The notes under the pieces were generated by a model. The model ran no database searches. It was not told the origin of the DNA and worked only from the letters and a program-made list of their open reading frames with translations. The translations under genes were made by a program, and so were the position numbers. Below, in pieces: positions 1 through 11,877 of a stretch of DNA of 64,000 nucleotides. This DNA comes from Blasia pusilla. Its lineage: Eukaryota. The stretch is from NCBI GenBank assembly GCA_050084515.1, contig CM114271.1:22506001-22570000 (forward strand), in the 5' to 3' direction. How positions within the stretch are numbered: the first letter of the stretch is position 1; each line of letters starts with the position of its first letter.

Positions 1-405
1 AGGCCTCTTCGAGTGCCGAGGATTACAAAAACCCCGGAATTTAAGACATCTGCGACATATTGATGGAACTCGGAAGAGAACAAGAAGCCGATCTACAGAA
101 ACAATTCCGCTTCGTGCTGCCTATCGGATTTGTATGCCCTGACTCACATCCACAAAGCGCACAATCCAAAGCTCGGTTTCGCACGATCATGCAAAGAGGG
201 AGCTTCGAACGTGAGGGAGTTGCGACAATGTACAGACTCTAGTCCTTCCTCTGACGAGTCTTCCGGTCGCCCGATGATGCCTCGGGAGATGGTGACCGGC
301 CTGTGACCTGAAGCAGATGCGGGGAGGGTTCCGGGTCATCGTTCGCGAGGTACCGGTCACCACGTCGCCTGTTCCAGCGTGACCGGCGTATCACGGGACG
401 CGACA
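1..405. mobile_element. Possible end of an LTR or other TE, truncated by the window start
   Basis: GC/CpG-rich block ending ...GGGACGCGACA at 405, similar to other LTR termini in this window (e.g. ...GTCGCGACA at 27555), followed by an abrupt switch to AT-rich DNA. Confidence 0.3.
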
Positions 406-430
406 AGGGCTCTAGACCTCAACCAAATAA

Positions 431-997
431 TCTAGATGTAATAATATAATAATCTAGATTATTAAGAGAGGGGCCATTATAGGGGCTCCTTAATGGTGAC
501 ACCTTTCTTTTTTGGCCTCTATTTGATTGATATGCGTTCTTCTCTTACCCTCTCCCGAGGTTTTTTTTTTTATATAACACGGGCATGGTTAGTTTAGATT
601 ATTATTAATGTTGATATAAAAATTTAGATTTGTTATTCGCTAGAGGGTCTCAACAACAAACATCTTTTTCTTGACACTTGTGGTTTTAGGCAATCTCTAT
701 TTATGATCTCTATTTATGACACATGTCCTCTCTAAAAGCTTAGTTCCATCTAACTAAGATGGAGAAGCGTGCAAAATGAGCATGGGAGATATCAAGAGGG
801 TTCTTATTTCATCCGTGCTAATACCAACTAGTATTTTTTATCTATAGTATTATTGGCAAGAGGTATTAGGAACAAACATCTCTATGTTTGAGGGGTCGTC
901 TCTAGTCTCTACACCTGCCCCCTCTAATACTTTAGTTTGATATAACTAAACTAGATGAGAAGGAAGGCTTCTTTCACCCGCGCCGGGCACTGACTAG
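431..997 (+). mobile_element. Putative non-autonomous Helitron-like fragment(s)
   Basis: Starts A|TCTAGA... with TCTA..ATTATTAA-like starts at 431/453/841. Ends with the short GC hairpin CCCGCGCCGGG followed by CTAG|T. Confidence 0.3.
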
Positions 998-1726
998 TCC
1001 ATATTTTCCACTAATCTATGTGTGCATTGTATTAGGTTAGTAGTCATTTTTTCATTTGAATACGCATTGCTTCTACTTGTAAAGTGGATAGAATTCATAT
1101 GACCAACTCTAGATTAATTATATATGACTAATCATGAGAAAATTAAAAATGAATTGACTATATTTTAATCTTTTGTAATGTTTGACTTTGAGGTTTATTG
1201 CTTTGTCATAACAAAAGCTACATGGATGGGGAAGTGGGAAATCCAAATATATGTAGATCAAGATGTAAACACAAGTCACATACAATCAATAAGATACATG
1301 GAACAAAAAACTTGATATCCAATATTTGTCTTTGTGAAGATTTTAACTTCTATGACATGTCGCATAAATTCAAGAATTTCCAATCAAATATCATATGCTT
1401 GTTTGTTTGAGCCATTTTTGAAAGCATGATTGATGTACCAATTTTTAGACACAAACTCTGAGGAGGTAATTCAGAAGACAACCATGTGTTTAAGAATTTT
1501 TTGGATATACATAACTCATCCTATCATTCAAAACATAGGCAACACGGTAAATATGCTCTTATGCACAATATGTATATTTTTGAAAGGATGTTTTTATTCT
1601 TTGTACTCAATACCATAATTCACTTGAAAAGTTATAGAAATGGGAAAAAATTAATACCTCTTCATAGAATCAAACATGATTTTCGTGTTCTTCTTGTCAA
1701 CATCTCTTTGTTATGTCAAAATAATA

Positions 1727-1936
1727 GTATTTCTCAAAACTTTGATGTCATAAAATCGGCAATGATCACGTCCATAAATCTATATTATTATTGGAGAGGC
1801 CTTATGACATCAAAGTTTTGAGAAATACCATTAAAGAATTATAATTTCTTTGAAGATGTGCAAAGAAATTATAACTCTTTAATTCGCAAAGAAATTATAA
1901 TTCTTTAAAGAGTTATAATTTCTTTGCACATCTTCA
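1727..1936. repeat. Two adjacent perfect inverted repeats
   Basis: 1727-1753 is the exact reverse complement of 1802-1828 (27 bp). 1851-1882 is the exact reverse complement of 1905-1936 (32 bp). Confidence 0.9.
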
Positions 1937-4066
1937 CCCAATTTTCAAACAATCTCAAAGTGTTGTTGACAATGTGTTTATGCATATTTACATGAAACCT
2001 CGTGATAAGAATGAAATGACATCTAGAAGAATTATAATTCTTAAGCTACAAGCATTATCACATGGGGTTAAGGTAATATTAAATATAAAGAAACATCAAA
2101 TCCATAATCTTATCCATAATGAAGGGCTTTGAGAGCAACTCGAGAAGTTAAAAATTTCAATTTTTTATGAAATTATCAATGGATTGCTTGAGAAAATTGA
2201 GGAATTTGTCTTACATAAACATCATATTTTGGTATCCCAAAATAGAATGAATAAAATTAACTACTACCCAAAACAAGGTTTTAAATTTGACTATTTAGAC
2301 AAATATTGGGAGTTGCTAGCTTATGCTTAATTTTAGGCCACAAATCAATGAAGTCTAATCACATATCTTGGTCAAAAGATCAATTGTTATGGATATATTT
2401 ACATGAATAAAGCGTTCATTCGATAATACGCAAAATTCATAGTAAAGGCCAAATCAATTAAATGGAAAGCCCACCAAGATTGGAATATTACATATTTTTC
2501 ATTTACCAAACATTGTTAACCCTCTATGAGATAAATCCACAAGCCATCTTCTATCAAACTTGGAATATATCACCCTATATTTTTCACAAAATTTTTTGAT
2601 AGATACCAAAGATAATCTTATTTTTTTGGGCACCCTTAACTATTATAGAAACCAAAGCATCATTTGGACGAATCTAAGAAGTTGGCAAGCAACCAATGAC
2701 TAGATCCAAGAACTATGAATTCAGTATCAGACTCTCGAGTACTACTCGTCCTCTCTTGGAATCATTTCATCTATCAATAGCCATAAATCCTATGCCACAC
2801 TTGGGAGTGGAGCCCAAGAATCCCTTGTTGGAAAATATTCCACAAGGGAAATATCACGCGGGTCCTCAAAGCTTCATCAACCATACTACCTAACTTTGTG
2901 TGGTAATTTTTAGAAACCATTTTGGTCACAAAATTTGTGGGAATGTAGAAATTCAAGCATGGAAGGAATAAGCCATGGCTTTAAGGGGTAGGTAAGCATA
3001 GGAAATGCTAATAAAAAAATATGATCAACAAAAATACACCATATGAAATTAAAAGAAGCTCAATTTAAAAGAAAATGATTGTGCAATTTGGATTTTTAGT
3101 TGATAAGGATTGATTGGTGTTGCAATGATTGTAGGCAATAAGTTAAGTTGTATGAGCCAAAATAAAGCATAATTGTGCAAAGTTGGAGCAACATGTAGTA
3201 GAGTTGGAAACAACAACAAAATGGATCATGGATCAAAAAGCGAAGTGGAGAAGATGAGTAAATATGTAAAGCAAAGGACTATTTCTATCCAACTACATTC
3301 ATAAAAAAAACTCCTCCATTTGTGAACTCCATGGAGTGTACAAAGTTTCCCAATTCAATTGAAGTTTGTGCAAACAGAGCGGGTGTACAGAAAGGGAAGC
3401 GTAATGTAGCCACTTAAAACCGCAACATAAAGAAAAGTTGCTAAAATACAACTGGCGGAATTTGAACAAAGATTGAATATATGGAGATACAATACACATC
3501 CAAAAGATAAAACACTATTGGTGTTGAAATAGTGGAACTGACAAGAGAGCAATAAATTTAATGGTAGAGTAAAACAAAGCGGGATGGGAACATTGGCTAT
3601 AGAGGAGGCGATGGCAAAGATAAAATGGTGTAGTGGTGAGCATATTCTTATAAACACATTGTAAGTGAAATTGAAATGTCCCTCCTATATGTCATACTAG
3701 TGGAATGACGATGGACCTTCCACCTATCCATCTTTCAATTCCACATGTCACCCTACTCAAGTCAAATGTAGGGTGTGGATATTCAGTCTAGTGATGCATA
3801 TATTGTTATTCATCTTAGCACATTTTGACACTTCCTATGCTTACTCTTGACCGAAAAGTGAAATCTCTCCACCAACTAACATTTCTTAGGAGTAAGTTGC
3901 CATTAATGTATCATGTTCTTAATATGTCGTCCCAGACTTCAAAGATCGTACTAGTAAGCGGAGACTATGTTGTGCATAGTCCAAACTACCTCTTAAAGAT
4001 AGTTTCAGAGGCAATTTTTTTCCCCAAAAGTTTGAAATTCAAGCGTCAAAAGAAATTAGAATCCCA

Positions 4067-4216
4067 TCTCATGTATATAATTAAAAGAGGATGGGGTTTG
4101 AGGACCCCGCCCACTGGTGATGACATATATATTTTATGGTGTGCTCTAGCGATGACAAGTGTAAATTAACAAATCCGTGTTATGAGGGGTGATTCTATGC
4201 ACGGGTATTATCCTAG
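4067..4216 (+). mobile_element. Short Helitron-like element or 3' end
   Basis: CCGTG...GCACGGGTATTATCCTAG|T matches the typical plant Helitron 3' terminus. The 5' boundary (TC start) is uncertain. Confidence 0.35.
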
Positions 4217-5849
4217 TTTTTATAGTTGTAAGTTGTATTCATCCTAATCTAAACTAGTGTAGGTTACGTATTATTCTTTGAGTTAATAGTCACATTGACC
4301 ATACAAGTATGGGTGAAGTAAATATGCTCTTTAAAACCAAGAAGCCCACCTACCTTACTAATCTCTTTAGATTTAGAGTACATTAAAGGAATGATTCATT
4401 TTAAATTAATTATGACATTTATTAACAACCCGTAAATTTCACTATTACTTCTAATGATATCATGTAGTTTTATGTCTAAGGGACCTAACACGATGAGAAG
4501 TGCATAGCTTATAGGATGCTTGTTAATAAAATTAGATATGATTGCTTTCGAATAGAAAGTGGACCTAGCATTGTTTGGATTAAATGCTCCTTTCTTCCCT
4601 TAGTGTGGACTTAATAGATTCTTGACTTTCATTCCATTTAATACTTACACCTTTCCTTACACTTCTCTCCATTCTGATGTTTTTTTGTATGTGTGACCAA
4701 AAAAAAAATAGTATTTTATTTTTGTGCACAATGCTTTCCTCCATGTCAAGATATATGTTAGGATTTTTCTTGGTGTTTCCCGATGTTAGGATATTCCTCT
4801 TTGTGTTTGTTTTTCAAATATATGTTTTTCCTACTCCATCCACTTTTCTTTTACCGTCCCATATCTATATTATTTTTGGAGTATGCCTCCTCAATTTTCA
4901 AACTCCTCTCATGTCTATATTTGACAATTTTAACCACTCACATCTTGACTTGTATCAATGATAATTTAGAGAAAATTTCAATGACACTCTAGTTAGGGGT
5001 ATGATTGGAGTATGAAATAGAATTGGGGTTCAATGAAGGACTAGTGATATGTAAGTCAAATTACCCATCATAAGCCCTTCCAAGGTAACGTAGACGTACC
5101 TACTAGTATAATTTCTATCAATGTACAATTTTCTGAACAAAAGGGACTCTTTTGATATTTAGTAAAAAAAAAAACACTTGTTTTAATACAAACAATCGTG
5201 TGCCAACACATGTAAAATTTAATAAAAATATTAAAGACTCATATTTATCCACTACTTTCTCCAATCGTAATTAGTCTTTGCACGTAGATATTGGGTACGT
5301 CGACGGACCCAATTGCTACCCACAAATCGTAAGACTCGATGCCCTTTAGCTTTATTGAGGGTCCACTTCCATGGGCGAACTTCTTGGGGTCGCACGCAAC
5401 CCCAAGAAGTTATATCCGGCTGCAATAGCTGGCGGATGGAGCAGAATTTGGTGGAAAGACTCCGATCATTGTGTCAAGTCACTTCATAATAGAAAGGGAA
5501 ACTTTCAGTTACGGAAATAGGACAACACAAATTCCCCCCCTCCTTTTTCCAACCCTAATTACCCCCCTAACCTTTGCAACAGAAATTCCCACCTCTCCTC
5601 ATCCCTTGAATGCCATAAATATGTGCTTTTCTCATCCCTATTTCACCTTTGTCTCCCTCTAACTTTTGCTCTCATTATTTTTCTTAATTTTTAATCTACT
5701 TCCTTATGCTATCATTTTTTTTCCAATGATGGATGATTCAGATTTTGAGAGGAATGGTAATTCAATGTTGATGTTCTTGTGAACGATGTATCTTCTTCTT
5801 CTCACTCAAGGTCGTTCACTTCGTTGTCTCCTTCTTCAAGCTAGACGCA

Positions 5850-6760
5850 AGAGGTCCCTTCGTCGTTCTCATACTCTCTTGTGTCCCCATGTCATGATGA
5901 ATAATAATGCTAGTGCTATGCCACGTTACATGTACTCTCCTTGGTATATCTTACCACGATCCAAAGCATTTACATGTCTCTTTATTGATGATAGTATAGT
6001 AAGAAGAGACCATCCTGAGCGCTTTAGAGAATTCTTTCGTGTGAGTGTGAGCACATTTGACTTCATTTGTAGTATGTTAAGGACTCGATTGATAACTAAA
6101 TTACTAATCCTACGCATGCTCTACAAATTCTACCAAACAAGTTGTTGAGTGTTGAGAGACACGTCGCTATTACCCTACGATGTCTTGCCTCAGGGGATCA
6201 AATGAAAGGGATTGGAGACCTTTTTGGTATCGGACAATCTACAACTGTAAAGGTTGTCAATCGAGTCATCAATGCACGTGTGGAGGTGGCTCATAGGGCA
6301 GTGAGTTGGCCAAGAGGACAAAAAATTCAAAGGGTGAAATATGATTTCGAAGCACAACACAACTTTTTAAATTATTGCGGTGCAATCAATGTCACTCACT
6401 TTCTCATTGAACTACCAAGAGGTGCAAATTCCACAGTATGGTATAGTCACAAAAATAAATCTTAGGAATGTGCAAAACAAGCTATTGTTGATTCAAGGCT
6501 GTGATTCTTGGATGCCTTCATCGGATATCCCCTTCTATTCATGATACTTGCATTCTATGGAACTCCCAATTCTATAAAGATGCCACTTCATATGAAAGGG
6601 TCCTAGGTGGACTTTCACTTCCTCTAAGAAATGGTGAGAGAACTCGAGAGTATATTATTGATGATGCAGAATACCCACTCTTGTCATGGCTCATAGTTTC
6701 TTATCTCGGAGCACCTATCGGATGAAAGGATACTTGGAACTATTACCATTCTTCTTTCGG
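5850..6760 (+). pseudogene. PIF/Harbinger DDE transposase, frameshifted
   Basis: Consecutive ORF pieces: FREFFRVSVSTFDFICSML, LSVERHVAITLRCLASGD..IGDLFGIGQST, YCGAINVTHF (degenerate GAIDGTH), SIHDTCILWNS, YIIDDAEYPLLSWLI (GD.xYP). Confidence 0.85.
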
Positions 6761-6959
6761 TCTTTCATCGACGTTTACCTCTAATCCCAGCACCAAGGCT
6801 TCTCTTTCTCAAAGTTCCCTCTTGAGTTACGAAAGCCTTGCACTGACCGAAATCTGAATTACCACGAAAGACCACAAAAGTCATTACCTCAATTGAAAAC
6901 ATCCCATAGGAATACATAAAGAGATCAAAGAAAGAAAGTATTGTAAGCACCTTCAATAG

Positions 6960-7830
6960 GAGAAGAAGCCCTAGGATGGTGGTGGTGGTGGATTGGTAGA
7001 CATCCCTTTTGCACCCATCGGGATCTCAAATGGCTCCTCCTCTATATTAACAAACAATAAATTAGTAAGATCCCATATATTCTTCGTATGTAAGTTAATG
7101 AACCAATAAACATGGGCATTCATATTGATGTACCTGGAGTCACGGGAGAATGTATGATAGTGATGGGTAGAGTTTCTTTTGTATTTAAAGTTCCCTCCTT
7201 CACCGGGTATCCATAAGTACCTCTAAACTCATCATTAAGATCAGGTAGAAGAGACGTATCAATGCTTTGCACTCCCATGCTCTCTAGGTCTACGTCTTGT
7301 TGCTTAGGCAACCAGTCTACTAGATCCTTATAGAACATCTCATCAAAGGTCAAAGGTAGACCTTGTTCTTTTCGATCCTTTCTTGACATATGTCGTCAAA
7401 AAAGGATAATGGTCCACTTATTGCCTTGTGCTCCCAATCTTGAACGTGAAAAATTACATACGTTTTAGATCGAAAAAATAAATGAAATCATGTCATATTT
7501 TATTTTATTTTGCTATGACCGACGTACCTTTTTGAAGTCTTTAACAAGAGCACTCCACTCCTTTTTACATGCTTGGCCATCATGAATAGGTTGTGTCATT
7601 CCATTCTTGAAATAATAGTCGGCTACTTTTTGCCACTTCTTTTTTATGGTGGGCATAGTAGATTGATTAGTGTGATTAAATTCTACTACTTCCATCTCAT
7701 GTCGTTTTTCCAAGATCAAAATTTTGATCTCCGAAGATGCCCATGCAATCAACTTGTCCTTTTGTTTTGGTACTCGGGAGTAAAGTATTACACAGTCATC
7801 ATCTACGAGATTTGCTCGATACAATGAGAA
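6960..7830 (-). pseudogene. Harbinger ORF1, Myb/SANT (trihelix-like) DNA-binding protein, degenerate
   Basis: WASSEIKILILEK...KKKWQKVADY...GQACKKEWSALVKDFKKV, then MSRKDRKEQGLPLTFDEMFYKDL. Convergent with the transposase, as in two-gene PIF/Harbinger elements. Confidence 0.75.
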
Positions 7831-9336
7831 ACATGTAAAATTGATAATGAGTATAAAAAAATTCAGCAATGAAAAGTTGTGGAAATTTATAATTATATGT
7901 TATGTATTCCAAACTATATTTAAAACAAACTTTCATTTCTTAAATTTTAAAAAATTTAAGAAATGAAAAAGTTTTAAATTTAAAAAGGACACAAATTTAG
8001 GCTAATTGGAATGATCATGTAGACCTGCACTTAAGCTATGTCCTCGACTATACCTTCTCCATATAGTAAACGTTGTCTCGACTCCGAAATCCCGACTTTG
8101 AAAGCCTGAAGTGCAAAGAGAAAATTTGTTGAATACATACATGCAACTTTTTATGATATATACATGCAGCTTTTTGTGCAAGGCAAGTGGCAAACTACAC
8201 TCCTACACTGCTCCATATAGTAAAAGTAGTGCCGACTTCAAAAGCCTAAAGTGCTAAGATATTTGAATTCATGCTTCAGTCTGAGTTCAAAATGTCCCAT
8301 TATCTAGAAGAAGGCGCAAGATACGTCTCCCATTGTCTCGATGAAGGTGTAGGATAGGGCTGTGGGTCTTTGGGTAATCCCTTAATTTTGTACATCATGT
8401 AAAGCAGAGAGAGCTGAAAGCCATGAAACGGATGTTCATGATCCGGAAACAAATCAAGAAATTTCATCAATGTTCACTTGAAAGCGACATTCACATGCAA
8501 GGAAGGAGGCCCATATCCACCCACGTGATGGAGTTGGAGTGTGAAGTGTGTGAACCGTAGCCCCTGGTAGTTTGGTGGTCAGAAGTCTCTTCAAATAGGC
8601 GAAGAGGTTTGCAAACGACAGTAGTGTGGTTAATCACAGCCAAAGCATCATCTCCCTAAACGGAAGACAAGACCAAAATTATCTCTCTTGATTTTTTTTT
8701 CCGCCAAAAAACTATCGTGCGTCTCCTATCCTTTGTCCTCACCCCTCTCGCTCACTGCAATTCCGCCAAAGTGAAGTGCAGTTTAGCGGAGACGAGACGA
8801 GAATGACGTAGCGATTGTGTCATATTTTATTCTGGAGCCTATGAGGAGAGAATTGCAGCAAACCTTGGGGGCTGCCTCCTGAGCATTGACAAACACACAG
8901 CGCCAATGGGCATTGCATCGAGTGTGTATGATGCACCAAAGAAAATGGGAAACGCTCATAGAAAGCGGAAGCGGAAATTCTCCTCCACTTCCCGCTTTTT
9001 GTGAGTGTTTCCCTATTTGTACCATGAAGGATAACGGAGGAAAAAACAAGAGGCGGGCCCATGACAAGTGGCAGCTTGCAACAAGAAGAGTACCTCTCGT
9101 GTCAACTATCACACGATACGTTAGCACGACCCGCCTTACCTCAGTTTTTTCACAACCTGATTTGGTACGCCTACATTTTTAAATCCTGACTGTGTCCTTC
9201 GGAAACATAAATTAGTCACAGAAATGAGGTTTCTGCAACCTCATTTCTGCTCATGGGACACCGGTATTTGGACCTATTGGGATGGAGTAACTGTAGGCCT
9301 ATCAACTGCCATATGCAAGCTGCCGAGGTGGAGGTG

Positions 9337-9464
<128 letters not shown>

Positions 9465-11877
9465 CTAGCCTCTCCACGGAAGGACGACCTCAAGTAGCAC
9501 TGCACAAGTAGCATAGCAACAAACTAGGCCGTTTCGGCGAAGGTGACAGAACCACATGTATGTCTACCCAGTGTTTGGAAAATCAAAGGTTTTGCGTGTA
9601 TATTAAGTTCTTAGTAAAATACAATGAACCCTAAAGCAAAGCCTTTGATCCAAGACGGCTTGCTCAAACACTATATCTTGTCGATTGGTCACAGCCGCTA
9701 CCTTGTCGCTCGCCTTGTCGAGATTAATTTTTTACGGAAAAGTTTCTGAATTCACTGAGGCTTCTCCTCTAATGAGCGAATGAGCCCCTCTTAGCAGTTC
9801 CCGACACTCTCCTTTGCCCCATGTAGTTGCAATACCACTCCACTGCCAATCCCGCAAATGTTCAACACATTCTCAAGACCAACGTACGTTGAAAGCTCAC
9901 GGACTTAGCTTCCTAATTGTCAGAGGAGGTTTTAATGAACGCCCGCGGCTACAACGAGATTACGAATACCCTACGAAACTAATCTCATATGCTTTTGATT
10001 GGAAGAGACAGAAGAAACAACCGGTTGCACGCAGTGAAACGCTCCCACAAAATTGATGTTCAAGTTCCCCTTAAATGAGTCGGCACAGACATCCAGGAAT
10101 CTTGGGCGAGGCCATGGAAAGCGAGTACTTGCGTTGGAGACTTGATCAATGATTAACACACGTAAGGAAACATCTATTGCAAAAATTACTACCACGGATG
10201 TTAAATGTACAAGGACAACAATGAATTATAGGAGAAACAATCGCTTAGAGGATCGAGGAGAGGTTCGAAGCAACACACCAAAACTTCCCCAGTGGCTAGA
10301 GAATTGACGGCTTCAAAAGCATTCGTGATGGAAGCAATCAATTCTTATTGCTGCTACTTGAGTTGAGGCTTCCTTCTCCATAATCTGCTCTGCAAATTTC
10401 ATCAATTTGTATGTATAGAAAACCAAAGCCAAAAGAGGTTATTTCTCTCACTTCAACTGAATCAGCGAACAAACCAAAGCCCCGAAATCAATCAATGCTT
10501 CCGCTGATCCCCGAAATGCCTCTGAGCAAACATCACCGTGCTTACTGAGAAAATTCTTGTTTGAACGGATTAGTGATACGTGAACTGGGCTCCGCTAGCT
10601 ATCTTCAATCCCGAAGCACATGAGAATTGAAGTGTATGCTCATGTCTCCATGCTCGGCCAATAATTTCTGACAATGTGTAGTGCAAATTCTTCATGGGCT
10701 GCAGGGAGGGACTACACTTACCATGGGTTCAAGTGCAACGACGGAACGACACGATACCACCTACGGAAAGAAACCAGATGAACCGGTTCTTTTGAATTTT
10801 CGATCGGCCCTGGAAGGTTTGGTGGGGCGCAAGGACGTCGCGGCCTTCTTACGCCCAAAAAATTTGGTCCCAAGAAACTCAACGACCCCGTGAAAAATCA
10901 AGGACGTCGATGAGAAAGTGCCGACGCTGACCGTTTCAAAATAGTAGTAACCGTTGGATGTCCTTGATCTACAATAACTTCCAACGTCACTGATATGAAG
11001 TGGCCCATGGAATCCGCATTTGAGGACCCAGTCCCATGCGGCCGAGGTCGTCAGGACGTCACGGAGAGCTCGTCCCACTCTTCTGGATCTTGGTTGATCC
11101 GACGGATGAGATTCTTGAGACTCCAACGGAATTTGCGCCCTTAGGGGTGGATTCCATGGGCACAGGGTATTGGCGACCTTAGAGCGTCGTAGAGTTTTTC
11201 GACGCCCAAGAGTTTTGGGCGGAGAATTCATCTAGCGTCCTCATGACCCATCTAACTGAAATCCGATAGAAACTAATTGAAACCACCGGATATTTCCGTC
11301 CCATAAAATTTTCGGACCCATAGTATAGCACCCCGCGACCTCCACGCGTGCCAAGGAATCGGGCCTTTATTCATAAGAACAAATATGTACAACCCGCTAG
11401 AAGAAAATAACTATGGTCGATGCGACTTCCGGGGAGCCGGCCCCGTGGGACCGGGTCCTGAGAGACGGCGTTGAGCGGCGCCGGCGTGGCTCTGCCGACG
11501 GAATCCGTCCAAGAGCGACCTCGGATGACGAAGACCCACGCCTGCAAAACCCAGTTCGGACACCACCGCCTCACGGTAACCGGTTCTCGACTGTTACAGT
11601 AAAGGAAAGTAAAGTAAAGATGTACACATTCAAACAAATGGGTCTGCACGGACAGAAGCCCGCGCCTGAAGGGGAAGACAGCGATCATAACTCCAGCGAC
11701 GGGTGCTGCAGAGCAAGAAGGACGGGAGGAGTTTGGGCAGAGAGGATCTGCTGCAGAGCGGATTACATCGGAGAAATGATCTGTTGTTTTGTTGCGTCAA
11801 TTTCGTGAGGCTTGATAGCGAGATAGCCTGGACGACGGGGATCGGCAGTGTGCGCTGCGGACGGAACGTGTAGCACG

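Noticed and set aside
1000-3700. Decayed transposase or LINE coding sequence
   Set aside because: It looks TE-like, but I could not read any diagnostic motif.
11413-11808. 131-aa ORF upstream of TFCB
   Set aside because: No recognisable domain; it lies in the GC-rich promoter/5' UTR region. A uORF cannot be excluded.
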